From contig NIVC01002545.1 of assembly GCA_002269645.1 (NCBI GenBank), positions 1 to 64,000 of the forward strand: a stretch of DNA of 64,000 nucleotides. The letters run 5' to 3'. The position numbers and the translations under genes were made by a program. This document shows, in pieces, positions 11,262-34,869 of this stretch; position 1 is the first letter of the stretch, and every line of letters begins with the position of its first letter. The notes under the pieces are model-generated. The model searched no databases, had not been told where the DNA came from, and saw nothing but the letters and a program-made list of their open reading frames with translations. This DNA is from Macrostomum lignano (taxonomy: Eukaryota).

Positions 11262-14247
11262 TCAGCCGCCTCTGCGCAGCGATTCTAAGCCGAGTTTAAC
11301 TGCCTCAGATGCGGTGCCCCAGGCCAGGGCCACCCCGTTGCCGCCGTGGCCGTAGCAGTGCACTATTCGCGAGTCGGTGGAATCTAATTCGACCCGAATC
11401 CCGCCGAGTCGAGCCGGCCTCAGCCCGGCCAGTTGATTGACAGTTTCTGCGCCGCCCACTGACGGTACGAGTCGGGTAGCTCGAGACCAGATTTTGGAGG
11501 CGTCGTCGGGACAGGGCTCGGTCGACCAGCTGTTTGGTTGGCGACAACCGCCAACTGTAACGATGTCGGTAGCTCCCGGGTAGATGTACGTCTCCCCATT
11601 CGGTCCAATCACGGCTCGTTTGAGCCAGGGAGCTCGAACTTTGAACACCTGGCCACGGATTGGGTACACATTCGGATCCTTGGCCAGCTGGGCGGCGCCT
11701 AAACCTGAGCAGTTGAATAACAAACGGCAGGAGGAGCCATCGAGTATTTCTGATAGCGAATTGACGCGCTGGCGAGTCACAGCTAGATTGGTGCAGCGGC
11801 ATCTGCAATCGGGTTGGTTGCTGGCGGCGAATTGGTTCCGGCACCATCTCCACGATTTTCACTTGAGCCATGGGATTTCAGCAACTCCCCCATTGAGCCA
11901 ATTGGCATCTCAGCATCTCCCCATTGAGCCAATTGGTATCTCAGCAACTCCCCCATTGTGCCAATTGGCATCTCAGCAACTCCCCCATTGAGCCAATTGG
12001 TATCTCAGCAACTCCCCCATTGAGCCAATTGGCATCTCAGCAACTCCCCCATTGAGCCAATTGGCATCTCAGCAACTCCCCCATTGAGCCAATTGGCATC
12101 TCAGCAACTCCCCCATTGAGCCATGGCATCTCAGCAACTCCCCCATTGAGCCAATTGGCATCTCAGCAACTCCCCCATTGAGCCAATTGGCATCTCAGCA
12201 ACTCCCCCATTGAGCCAATTGGCATCTCAGCAACTCCCCCATTGAGCCATGGCATCTCAGCAACTCCTCATTGAGCCAATTGGCATCTCAGCAACTCCCC
12301 CATTGAGCCAATTGGCATCTCAGCAACTCCCCCATTGAGCCAATTGGCATCTCAGCATCTCCCCATTGAGCCAATTGGTATCTCAGCAACTCCCCCATTG
12401 TGCCAATTGGCATCTCAGCAACTCCCCCATTGAGCCAATTGGTATCTCAGCAACTCCCCCATTGAGCCAATTGGCATCTCAGCAACTCCCCCATTGAGCC
12501 ATGGCATCTCAGCAACTCCCCCATTGAGCCAATTGGCATCTCAGCAACTCCCCCATTGAGCCAATTGGCATCTCAGCAACTCCCCCATTGAGCCAATTGG
12601 CATCTCAGCATCTCCCCATTGAGCCAATTGGTATCTCAGCAACTCCCCCATTGTGCCAATTGGCATCTCAGCAACTCCCCCATTGAGCCAATTGGTATCT
12701 CAGCAACTCCCCCATTGAGCCAATTGGCATCTCAGCAACTCCCCCATTGAGCCAATTGGCATCTCAGCAACTCCCCCATTGAGCCAATTGGCATCTCAGC
12801 AACTCCCCCATTGAGCCATGGCATCTCAGCAACTCCCCCATTGAGCCAATTGGCATCTCAGCAACTCCCCCATTGAGCCAATTGGCATCTCAGCAACTCC
12901 CCCATTGAGCCAATTGGCATCTCAGCAACTCCCCCATTGAGCCATGGCATCTCAGCAACTCCCCCATTGAGCCAATTGGCATCTCAGCAACTCCCCCATT
13001 GAGCCAATTGGCATCTCAGCAACTCCCCCATTGAGCCAATTGGCATCTCAGCAACTCCCCCATTGAGCCATGGCATCTCAGCAACTCCCCCATTGAGCCA
13101 TGGCATCTCAGCAACTCCCCCATTGAGCCATGGCATTTCAGCAACTCCCCCATTGAGCCAATTGGCATCTCAGCAACTCCCCCATTGAGCCAATTGGCAT
13201 CTCAGCAACTCCCCCATTGAGCCATGGCATCTCAGCAACTCCCCCATTGAGCCAATTGGCATCTCAGCAACTCCCCCATTGAGCCAATTGGCATCTCAGC
13301 AACTCCCCCATTGAGCCATGGCATTTCAGCAACTCCCCCATTGAGCCAATTGGCATCTCAGCAACTCCCCCATTGAGCCATGGCAACTCAGCAACTCCCC
13401 CATTGAGCCATGGCATCTCAGCAACTCCCCCATTGAGCCAATTGGCATCTCAGCAACTCCCCCATTGAGCCAATTGGCATCTCAGCAACTCCCCCATTGA
13501 GCCATGGCATCTCAGCAACTCCCCCATTGAGCCAATTGGCATCTCAGCAACTCCCCCATTGAGCCAATTGGCATCTCAGCAACTCCCCCATTGAGCCATG
13601 GCATCTCAGCAACTCCCCCATTGAGCCAATTGGCATCTCAGCAACTCCCCCATTGAGCCAATTGGCATCTCAGCAACTCCCCCATTGAGCCAATTGGCAT
13701 CTCAGCAACTCCCCCATTGAGCCAATTGGCATCTCAGCAACTCCCCCATTGAGCCATGGCATTTCAGCAACTCCCCCATTGAGCCATGGCATCTCAGCAA
13801 CTCCCCAGTTCACGCAGTCAATCAAATTAAAACACGTGCAAGTACCTGGCTCTCAGAAACGGCAGGTACAGCCGGCTCTCAGTCAGGGTGGTCTCGCACG
13901 ACCAGCCACACTGCAGGCTGGGCCAACGCGGGAACTCGGCCCTGAGCTGGTCGGGTGTCAGGGTGGCCACCGAGTGCGCCAGCTGCAGGTAGTCGGGCGG
14001 AGTCTGGTTGAAGTCTTCGTACACTTGCACAAGCGGCAGCAGCAGGCAGCCCGCTGAGCTGCCCTGAGGGATTTTAGGCGGATTTTTAAGGGACATTGTG
14101 TTGGCGTTTTTTTATGGCAATTTTGAGGAGATTTTCTAGAGAACACACACAAACAAATAGGTTCCAAAACCTAGTTAAATAATTAGTTAACTAGGTAACT
14201 GACTACATAAATAAATAAATAAATAAGTAAACAATTAGCTGACTGAC

Positions 14248-14281
<34 letters not shown>

Positions 14282-14546
14282 GACTGACTGACTGACTGAC
14301 TAACTAACTAACTAACTAACTAACTGACTAACTAACTAACTAACTAACTAACTGACTAACCAACTAACTAACTAACTAACTGACTAACTAACTAACTAAC
14401 TGACTGACTGACTGACTGACTAACTAACTAACTAACTAACTAACTGACTAACTAACTAACTAACTAACTAACTGACTAACCAACTAACTAACTAACTAAC
14501 TGACTAACTAACTAACTAACTGACTAGCCAACTAACTAACTAACTG

Positions 14547-14605
<59 letters not shown>

Positions 14606-14606
14606 G

Positions 14607-14649
<43 letters not shown>

Positions 14650-14650
14650 G

Positions 14651-14685
<35 letters not shown>

Positions 14686-14710
14686 GACTAGCCAACTAAC
14701 TAACTAACTG

Positions 14711-14769
<59 letters not shown>

Positions 14770-14770
14770 G

Positions 14771-14841
<71 letters not shown>

Positions 14842-14874
14842 GACTGACTGACTGACTGACTAACTAACTAACTG

Positions 14875-14937
<63 letters not shown>

Positions 14938-15082
14938 GACTGACTGACTGACTGACTAACTAACTAACTAACTAACTAACTGACTAACTAACTAACTAAC
15001 TAACTAACTGACTAACCAACTAACTAACTAACTAACTGACTAACTAACTAACTAACTGACTAGCCAACTAACTAACTAACTG

Positions 15083-15141
<59 letters not shown>

Positions 15142-15142
15142 G

Positions 15143-15185
<43 letters not shown>

Positions 15186-15186
15186 G

Positions 15187-15221
<35 letters not shown>

Positions 15222-15246
15222 GACTAGCCAACTAACTAACTAACTG

Positions 15247-15305
<59 letters not shown>

Positions 15306-15306
15306 G

Positions 15307-15361
<55 letters not shown>

Positions 15362-15406
15362 GACTAACTAACTAACTGACTAGCCAACTAACTAACTAAC
15401 TGACTG

Positions 15407-15445
<39 letters not shown>

Positions 15446-15478
15446 GACTGACTAACTAACTAACTAACTAACTAACTG

Positions 15479-15509
<31 letters not shown>

Positions 15510-15514
15510 GACTG

Positions 15515-15557
<43 letters not shown>

Positions 15558-16000
15558 GACTAACCAACTTAACCCTTAATAACCTATAAGTTGATGGCTT
15601 CTAGAGCGGACAGGCATTTAAAGGTATCTTCTCTCTGTGTTAAATGAACAGAGTGAACTATGATATCCTTGACCTAATAATAGGATTCGCACTAGTGCTC
15701 AATATTTGACCTGTACCTGTCCAGACACAGCCAAATCCAGGTAGTGCTGGAACGAATCCGCCGCCCACTTCCTGCCCTGTCCAGGCCTGTCTGGGCACAA
15801 TTCCTCAAAATTTTCGACGCGAAACGACCCGGCAGCCACCCAGGACACGGTCTCGCCATCCAGCTGGTCGGCAACCACAGTGAGACGACAGTTCGGCAGA
15901 GCGTCAAGCAATTGAACTGCCACCGACCAGCCAACAATGCCCGCTCCGAGCACTGTCACATCCAGAAAGTTGGGTGCAGTATCGGTACATGAAGTTTTGC
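11262..16000 (-). CDS. DDO: D-aspartate oxidase / D-amino acid oxidase family flavoprotein (5' exon with start codon not located)
   Basis: Exons 16000-15717 (phase-1 acceptor; DVTVLGAGIVG FAD-binding GxGxxG, SWVAAG), 14063-13846 and 11802-11262 (NCSGLGAAQLAKD..YPIRGQV, TYIYPG..VTVGGCRQ, GLRPAR, VHCYGHGGNG..WGTA). Phases are consistent. TYIYPG, GGxRQ and WGTA resemble DDO more than DAO, so the symbol is tentative. Confidence 0.85.
11863..13806. repeat. 32-nt minisatellite (gagccaattggcatctcagcaactcccccatt) with 30-nt variant, in DDO intron
   Basis: About 60 units filling nearly the whole intron 13845-11803. Confidence 0.96.
14241..15570. repeat. (ACTA)n microsatellite with ACTG variants, in DDO intron
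   Basis: 1.3 kb of actaacta/actgactg. Confidence 0.97.
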
Positions 16001-18595
16001 CTGTGCCCAGTGGTCAACTACATATTGGCACTGAGTAATGATAACATTTCTAAGAACTAAAGCTACTTTAGGATTAAAAATATAATGCAGAATTCGTCCC
16101 ACAACCAGCGCTGAGGCAATTCTGCCCATTCTGCTGACTCTTGAGAACATACATGTACCAGCGCGGCAATACTTACACAGAGGCACAAACTTATTCATAT
16201 GCTCACACAAGGTGTACAATAGCACTGACTCCCCTACATTATTGCCAATTAATAAGCACAAAATTAATATGGCTATACAAAGAATTGAAATAGAGGTAGT
16301 AGTATAGAGCCAGATGTGCTTACCATTGAGCTATTCAAACCCAACTCAGGTCAGAACTTTACTTTGGCAGTGACTTCAAAACTTAAACTAATATTGTCTT
16401 ATTGGTTAGCTTCACAAAAAGGTTGCTCATATTCAAAAATATCAAATAAGCACATCAAACTTCAAGCTAAGAAAATTGAACAAATAAATTGTTTTTATAC
16501 TTATTGTCAAAATAAATATTGTAAAATTTTGTGCTCATAATGGTTACTTTTATTTAATAAAACTAGTGCTGTTGAGTAACGTAGTAATGTCTTTTAAAAC
16601 TTCTATACAATTAAATACAGAAATATATATCCATTAATTGAAAAATCCTGCAAATAATATATAGGATATTATCTCTGATTGCAGGCATAATGGGAGCTAA
16701 ATCATGCTTTATTACATTGCATAATTTATCTCTTAAATGTATTACATTAGCATTGATTATTATTTATGGCTTAAACTTTATTGCATTTATTTATTAAGCA
16801 AAATCTCAGCTGAAAAAATATTTATTAGAATAGTCAGTTCCTATCACTGCTATAAAATTGTTAACTGAATAAATTGGCAATGGCCATGTGACCTACAAGT
16901 ATTAAATTAGATTTGGAATAAAATTTGCAATATGCTTTGAATTCTCTACATTTTTTAATCCCTTACTTCCTATTATGCTTTGAAAATATTGTTCAAAATA
17001 GCCTGAAATTAATATACATTTATAATTAAATTACAATTAAGCCTAGGAGAAACTATAATATAAATTCAATTAAAAATAATGAGCAACCACAAAATACAGT
17101 AAATGACCAGTCTATGAAAACAAATTACATTTAGAAACTAAATATTCTATTTTCAATGAAATAATTAGTAATTGGTGTTGAGTCTGTTGACCCAGCTTAG
17201 CATCCAGCAGCGAGCCAACATCTCAAATGGTAGTAGTAGTAGTAAATTTGGCTCAGGCAAGGAGCCTGTTTTGCCAGTATTATACGATGTATTTAGTATT
17301 TGTTCACAAGGTTAAATATTTTTACACGATCGCTGAAAACGAGTTACGATATTTGTATCTTGTCGACATGGTCTCGACAAGTACAGTCATAAATTTATAT
17401 ACGCGCGTCAAAACTTACATCTATTTAGTAAGTTAAGACTATTCTAGACATATTTTCTATATTATGGATCATCTACTTTTAGAAAATTTATAAAATTTCG
17501 ACCTTGATAACCTAACGAAAAAAGTATTATTTTGTTTCAATGGATGCAGTATTAACTCTCAAGCACAATTTAAAATTTATGTAGTGCATTTAAACTGCAA
17601 ACATGGTTAATAATACAGAACTATACATTCTCAAGGTAACGGTATGATTTATATATTAGCTAGTAATTATAATTATTACTCGGTTTTATTAGTTATTTAT
17701 TAGTAGTTTCTATTTTTTAAGTAGCAATTTTTATTCAGCAGACTGCATTTGCTCATTAATTAACTCCAAATCAGTTACTAAAGTGAACTTGCACTACACT
17801 GCACTCTTCCAACCGTTCATGAAAAATTGCTTTACTCCTTGATCTTTTAAAATGAATTCTCTAACCTTAGAAGTAGTTTCTAGTTCTGTAATTTTTGGTC
17901 CCGCTCTATACGACTATAGTATAAATAGTTCGACTCGACCTAGCTAGCTGAACCTCAACCTATTAGGCCTAAACGGCGTGGTTAGTTTTGTTTGTGGTTT
18001 TTTCCTGAATGCTTGAAAAGTACATGCATAATATATATTTATTTAAAGTGCTATAGGTTAACTATCCAAGGACTACTTAAATACAGTCTCAAGTATAGGG
18101 CTAGGTAGAGTAAAGTAGCACTTAAGTAGTCCTTAGAACTATCAAAGTATAACCCTTGTTATATTTTTTAGTCCTAATAGGCTACTATAGGCCTAGTCTA
18201 TATACTTTACATACATTTTGGTGCATAAAAGGATTTTAAGCCTAATTGTTATATAATTGCATTGCCATAAGCTAGAAGTTGTATAAGTAAAGTTGAATAC
18301 TTTGAATTTAGATTTTTACTTGAAGATAGAAGAGACTTTCCTTCCTCTCAATTTTAATTTAAAATTATTAAGAAATCTACTATATTAATAATATCAAAAT
18401 ATATTTCTAGTGCGTAACATTTTAATAATTATATCATTGACTTTAATCATTTGATCAATAGGCCTAGCTAAGCCTATATTCTAATCTAGATATCTCATCT
18501 TATCTTATTAATATTTTTAGATTAAAATTAAAACTAGACCTCCCTAGTCACTTAATATACTTTAAAAAGTAAAAGTAGGGTGATTTTAGGGTGAT

Positions 18596-18725
18596 GGTCA
18601 TTTCATCAACTGGCGTTTCGTCAACTCGGTTGACGAAGTGACCAAAGTGTTGGGGCGACTTTACTTGTAGTTGATGAAGTGACCAATGCCTAGGTCCTTC
18701 CAATTTGCTTTTTGACGAAGTGACT
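18596..18725. mobile_element. Internally repetitive MITE-like element, copy 1 (GTTGACGAAGTGAC motifs)
   Basis: Starts ggtcatttcatcaac and ends tttgacgaagtgacta (imperfect inverted ends), with repeated gttgacgaagtgacc inside; related to 20123-20339. Confidence 0.45.
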
Positions 18726-19544
18726 AAAATTTTCATTATATGAATGATATACGTATGTAGCTGATACAGCTGCATATCTTGTATAGCTTATAATTATTGT
18801 TATATCGATGACTTGTTTTATTAATTGCCTTATTTTTATTATTCAATTTATTTTGAAATTCACTTTATTCTGCAATACCAGACTGCATGTCCATTAGGTT
18901 AAATGTTTCGATGCAAATATTCTATGCAAATGCGTCACCCCATGCACACTCATACCCATATGCGTCCGGGCATTAATATATGAATATTGAGTATTTGTGT
19001 GTTATGCGACCATACACGCAACTACATAACATGGGTATTTCTTCTATCAAAACGCGTCGAGGACTGCTATAAAGTCCCCTATATATGGAGTCGTGAAAAT
19101 TGGTGGACTGCGTGCGCCTAATTCCCACCCCTCCACCCCGCTGTGCACAGTCAACTGAAGCCCCCGCAGCGAATCTTGATATCCGGTAACGCTCTTGATC
19201 GGAGTATATAATTATGCACAATTCATGCGCGCTCATCGATTGATCATGCTGTATAAGGTATTTCACTCCCTGTCATGCTTAACACTAAAATGTACAATGC
19301 ACTGTAAGAAGGCACGAGCAGACAGACGCAAAGGCACAGGCAGACGCGCAAACCGATTGGCAATATTGGGTGCAGTACCACAGCGGCGTGCTCTTGATTC
19401 GTGCATTCCTGCTCATGTAGCTGCAGTTTGGGTGCCCTTAGATTAGAAGAAATTATGTGCAATGTGCCCTCCCATCATTAGCCCCCCCCCACTCTGAAAT
19501 GTTCTGACACTACTGGCTTGAGCTACAGTACATTTACATGGTAG

Positions 19545-19740
19545 TCTGGGGAGTCCTGCAGTCCGAGGCCAGCTTAATGTACAGCTGACCACTAGAGGGC
19601 AGCGTTGTTCCAGGCGAGGCTATGATCGAGACTGTCCTGCTGTATACTGTCAAGACCTGGACGCTGATGAAGTTGCTCAAGTAACAAGTTGACGCGGCGC
19701 ACGCTGGCCTGTTGCGCGCCGCCTTCAAAGATCGCGCCTA
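19545..19740 (+). mobile_element. Fragment of RTE-like non-LTR retrotransposon (C-terminal RT/thumb region)
   Basis: Translates as LFQA..IETVLLYTVKTWTLMKLLK*QVDAAHAGLLRAAF, matching the RTE-clade F.A.VE.VLLY..ETWTL...LD motif; contains a stop and frameshifts. Confidence 0.6.
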
Positions 19741-20122
19741 CGCGAGTGACCAACATGGCTTTTGTATCACCGCGCCGACCTGTTCCGTCCAAGTGACCTG
19801 CTGCGCAGTCATACATGACCACATTCATGTATGTAATGGCTTGATTTGGAATGCTTTCTATATGCATGTTTTGCGAATAGAGGACCCGCGGCTGGGTCCG
19901 GGTTCTCCTCAACTACATGTACTACTTCTTAATTAACTTCTGCATTCGAAATTTAAAATATACAAATGTGCACACGGCATTTCAACCCCGTCGTGCTGCA
20001 CACATTTCAAACACATGAGCACATTATATTTTGTTAGTACATATACAAGCGTATAACAGAGATGCATCGATCGAAAGCCGGCAGATGTTGCAGAGGGTAT
20101 GAATATTAATTAGCCTGTCGAC

Positions 20123-20339
20123 TTAGTCATTTCAGGGTTCAGTTTTACTTTTTTGCGGCTGCGGGGGGTAGTTTATTGGCAGTTGACAAAGTGACCAATG
20201 TTGGAACACTTCCTGTTGACCAGTTGACGAAGTGACCGAGGTTTGAGATCGCTTCATTGGCTAGTTGACGAAACGACCAGTGATAAAACTGAGTTGACGA
20301 AATGGCCAGTTGACAAAACGCCAGTTGACGAAATGACTA
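20123..20339. mobile_element. Internally repetitive MITE-like element, copy 2
   Basis: Perfect 10-bp inverted ends (tagtcatttc ... gaaatgacta) with about 6 internal (ca)gttgacgaa(a/g)(t/c)g motifs. Confidence 0.5.
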
Positions 20340-22166
20340 GGACCCTATTTTTAATAAGGCAGTGCTTATCCCCATGGTACTATAGGAATAATTTCTGTCT
20401 TATTCCAACGGTACTGTGGGAATAATTTTCTGTTTCTCTGCATGGCACACTGACGAGATAGCTGCCCCATCTTCTACATATATATGCTATACGTGAATAG
20501 TTTATAGCTTTTTTGAAAGGGAATTTGAATTGAAGATACTAAGAAGCTGTTGATATGGATCAACACCATAACTAGCATTTTTTGCATAAAAAAGCCATTA
20601 AATCTTTACTTCTATTAAACAAATTGTCAAGCAAAGTTATATTGTTATACTGCACTTAAACCCAAGTACTAAACTAAATTATTCTTACAGCATATATAGA
20701 AGATAAGCCAGCTATAAGATAAAAATTATTCCTACGGTACCATGGGGATAGCACTGCATTTTAATAATTATGGTTATATTGGCAAATAATAAAATCTCAT
20801 ATAGGCCCCTATAATAAGCAATAAAATATCAATTAGAATTTTAATATTTAATAAAAGTCTATTAAAAAATAATTCTAATGGATAATCATTTTTTTCTATA
20901 AAACATAATATGCTCATACTCGTATCATTGAAGTTATATCAAAGTATAAACTTAAATGTTGGCAATTATTGCTATTAAGTCAACAAAAACATAATATCAT
21001 AAATATAAAATCTAAAATATAATACTTATATATAATCTCTTTTTTATTGTACTATAGTTTTATTCTTATTATCTTATATTTAGCTATTAAAACTAATAGG
21101 CCTACTAACTATAGACTAGTCATTTATATGATCTATTGTTTTAATATAGAATTCTATAAAAATATATAGAAGTAGAAGCATAAATACTAATTGGTTTTTA
21201 ATAAAGTTTTATATAGCCATATAGTCTTTTCTAGGATTTTATTAGTAGATTTTTAAGATTTAGTAAAAACAATTAAAATTAAACATTTATCCATATATTA
21301 AAGGCTTTTCATATGATGTAACCATGCTCTGGTTGCGGGATAGGGCAGGGGAACTTTTTCAAAAGTGCCTCCTATCGCCGTGCACCCCCTGCACAGAGCT
21401 GTTGAGACTCGGCCAGGTCTTTGACCAGGCCTGGAGACTCCCGCTCTGCTGCAATCCCCCTGCTGCCTTGGCTCCGTCTCCCCTGCCGCCACATTTGCCT
21501 TTCCGGAGCTTCCCCTCCCTCTTTGTACCCCCCCCCCCTCTACCTTATCTCCCCTGCGCGCCTCCCTATTCTCTATGCACTCTTCCTGTCTCCCCTCTTT
21601 TTGCCCCTTTTCGCACTATTTTCCTGTGCTGTCCTCCTTTTCTCTGCGTCTACTTACAGTATTTTGTGTGCTCACCGTCACCCCATCCCTTCCCAAGCTC
21701 CCAAACGGTGACGCAAGTCATGTGACCCCTTCTTCCCCTCGATGACTCATCGATGACTCATCCCCCTCTCTTGCGTAACCTTTTCTCATGCTATTGTTCT
21801 CCTCCCCAAATTTCTCATGCGGCACCCACCCCACCTCCGCTTCTATTGTTCTCGTTTTTTATTCTTTTGTTCTCTTTACCCCCACCAATTATCACATTTT
21901 CTTCGATTTTCCCTTTCCATTGTTCTCGTTTTCACACCTAATTATCACCTTTTCCCCAATGTTTGCTTTTCTATTGTTCTCGATTCTCCCCAATTATCCC
22001 CGATTTCCAATTCCTTTGTTCTCGACCCCAGCCCCATTGTTCTCAATGTTTGCTTGCGCAATACTTTCGCGACCACCCGCTGCGCCAATTATCCCCCCAC
22101 CCCACCTCCGGATTGCGCAATTCTCCCATTTCTCATGTTGCTATGCCGGTCTCATGCTTCTCATCA

Positions 22167-22591
22167 TGACTCATTCTGACGTCATTCTGCCGGCAGCCAA
22201 TCAGAGAGAGGGAGTCATGGAAAGGACCTTGGAGCGGCGGCTAGGAAGGCTATATAAGGAAGCGGTTTTCGGCATGAGAATCCTCAACTCGGCGAGGTTA
22301 CGCGTTTCTTCTCGTCCTACTGTGGACTCGCTGTCAGACATTGCTCTGACCCATTCGTCTATAGGACGAACCTCTGCCGGTCCGCGGTCTGTTACCGTCA
22401 AGTTATCCTTAGCTCCCCAAGCGAGCCCGCCTATCGGCCAGCGGTCTGATACCGCCCAGCATCATCAGCATCGCCTGATCTACATCAGCGCCTCGTCGCT
22501 TCAGCGCATCGCCGCTTCACTGTCTGCCTGACTGCAGCCTACAGCCGCCCTCGGTCACTCCGCCTCTCTCTCTGTGCAGCTGCCGGTAAGT
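22167..22591 (+). promoter_or_regulatory. Candidate Pol II promoter and non-coding first exon, probably of the DNMT3 gene
   Basis: AP-1 TGACTCA 22167-22173, CRE TGACGTCA 22177-22184, CCAAT 22197-22201, TATATAA 22251-22257, then a CpG-rich segment ending at a consensus donor G|GTAAGT (22586). The next strong acceptor is tttcag at 24511, upstream of the DNMT3 ATG. Confidence 0.45.
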
Positions 22592-24572
22592 TCCTATTAC
22601 TAATTTGCGCTCTAATTGCCTTTGCTTATCCGGGGTTTGCCTATTTTGCCATTGCTTGACTAGAGAGCTGAGCCAATTGTGATACCGTAACTTTTTGCTG
22701 TATTTTACTCAATAGTGAAGCCGCCTAATTCCCTGATTATTTGCCTAAGGGCCTAATTATTAACTATTAACTAACCTCATCATTACTCACTCTTTCACCA
22801 TCATTTCACCCATGGCTTGCTAAGCCTTTCTCCCGGGGTGGCGAAGCATAAGGAAGTTTGGGTAAGCTAATGGCCTCTCCCCGTGCAAAGCCCGCCTGTG
22901 AGTGCGTGCTGCGGGCCCGTGTGTGCGTGCAGTTGAGGGGATTAGCGAGTCTTGGCACAGAATGGCAGTAGGAAGGTTGCAACCCCATGCTGACGCGTCG
23001 CTTCGCCCTGAGCAATCTAAACTAGAGACAGTACATGTTCGCCTCATACTACTCTTAGTAATCAAAGCCGCAAGTCAGCTTTGCTCACAGCCACAAAGGA
23101 TCCCCTGCTGAGAAATCCTCCAGATTGAGCCCAGAGTTCCCGATCATGCCCCAAGCAGAGTCCCTGTACTCGGCTGCATGCGTCTCCCCTGCTAGCCTAA
23201 ATCCCCTGGTAACCATCCCAGGCGGGGCTCTAGCCTCGAGAGGTCTGGTAGAAAGATCCAGGTGCGCCAGGTCACATAGAGTGGTGGCAGCCACTCGGTC
23301 ATACCATGACCGAGTGACCAACTATTGCACCTTGGCTACAGGTGGGGTCCATGTGGGTCCTTGGCCCTCTGGTCACGAAGCGCTACCAAAGCTATTAATC
23401 ATGTGGGCGGGACAGTCTGGAGCTGGAGGTCCATCAGGTCATTGCCCGGTCATAGGCAGCCTACGGTCATTGCCCCCTCTAGTCATGCGCTGTCTCTCTA
23501 CGGAGCGGACAGGCAACAAGGGCGGTTACATCACATATATAAATCAATAAGGATATAAATTATAAGGTTAAATATAATTGTTTTTTGAACTCTTATATAT
23601 GACTTGTTTTTCAAAAATTCAATATTATTTAGAAATTGTCAAATCTAAAAGCACTGGTTATATATTAATTAAAATTTTATATCTTGTGATGGGCTTCTGG
23701 GTCCTGTCCTTACAAATATCCTACTGCTGGTACCCGCTGTGACAGGGCACAGGGCTTATGGCTCTGCCTTTTTAAATCCTAACTATTAATACTATTGTTT
23801 ATTAAATTTCCTACAAGCTGCCACCAAAGTTGTCTGAGTTTAGCTTCTATCTTAATACTTCTAACTGTTTCTTAGAATCTCATATATTTCTGGGTAGAAT
23901 TCTTAGTATATGTTCTAGTAGTGTCTTATGTATGGCTCTGGTAGCGTCTTATGTATGGCCTGAGCGGTCTAGTATTGGTACATGAGTTAGTTAGTCCTAA
24001 TTGGGCATTTACTGAGACTAGAGGGTCATGGCGCCTCTCTTAGTATATCTCCGAGAATTAGTCCCAGTTCCCTCTCTTAGCAAATTTCTTAGAATCATTT
24101 CTCAGTCTTTCTTAAATGAATAAGTCGCTTTCAACTCCAAAGTCTCTAAGGAATTTATATCTTGAACTGTTATTTGCTCGCAAACAAGTGCTTATTGAAG
24201 CTTAGTCAGTTGAGTTTATTTGGCTACAAAGAAACTGTACATTTTATTGCTAAAAAATCATACAGTATTGAAGCACTACTACAATCTGTTAGCATATATA
24301 TATAAAATTATATATATTTCTTATCATCATATACTCAATCTAAATTAGTAAACTTATATACATTTAGGTAGGTTAGGATTAGAGTTAGGGCCATAAGTAA
24401 AATAAACAATTAGTGGATATAAAAAATAATTTCTAAGCATTCAATATAGCTAGTTCATTTGCATAAATGCTTTTAACTATTGTAACATTTTATTTACAAT
24501 TTCTTTTTCAGATAAAGGACCATTGTTTCATCATCTTGTCTTTATTATTGGAATAACATTAAGCTTATCATC

Positions 24573-34756
<10,184 letters not shown>

Positions 34757-34869
34757 GCACTGCTCTGAGCTTGTTGATGAGGCCTGCTGAGCATTGGGAA
34801 TTACCTGATACTCTGACTGACATTGTCAATCCCTTTATGTCCCTAATAATCTGGTTTTCCATGTCCCTG

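Noticed and set aside
14241-15570. (TTAG)n as an interstitial telomere
   Set aside because: It lacks the G-runs of TTAGGG/TTAGG telomeric repeats; it is an ordinary tetranucleotide microsatellite.
21324-22531. ORFs of 120-247 aa over the pyrimidine-rich region
   Set aside because: Low-complexity CT-rich sequence with no domain signal; more consistent with promoter-proximal non-coding DNA.
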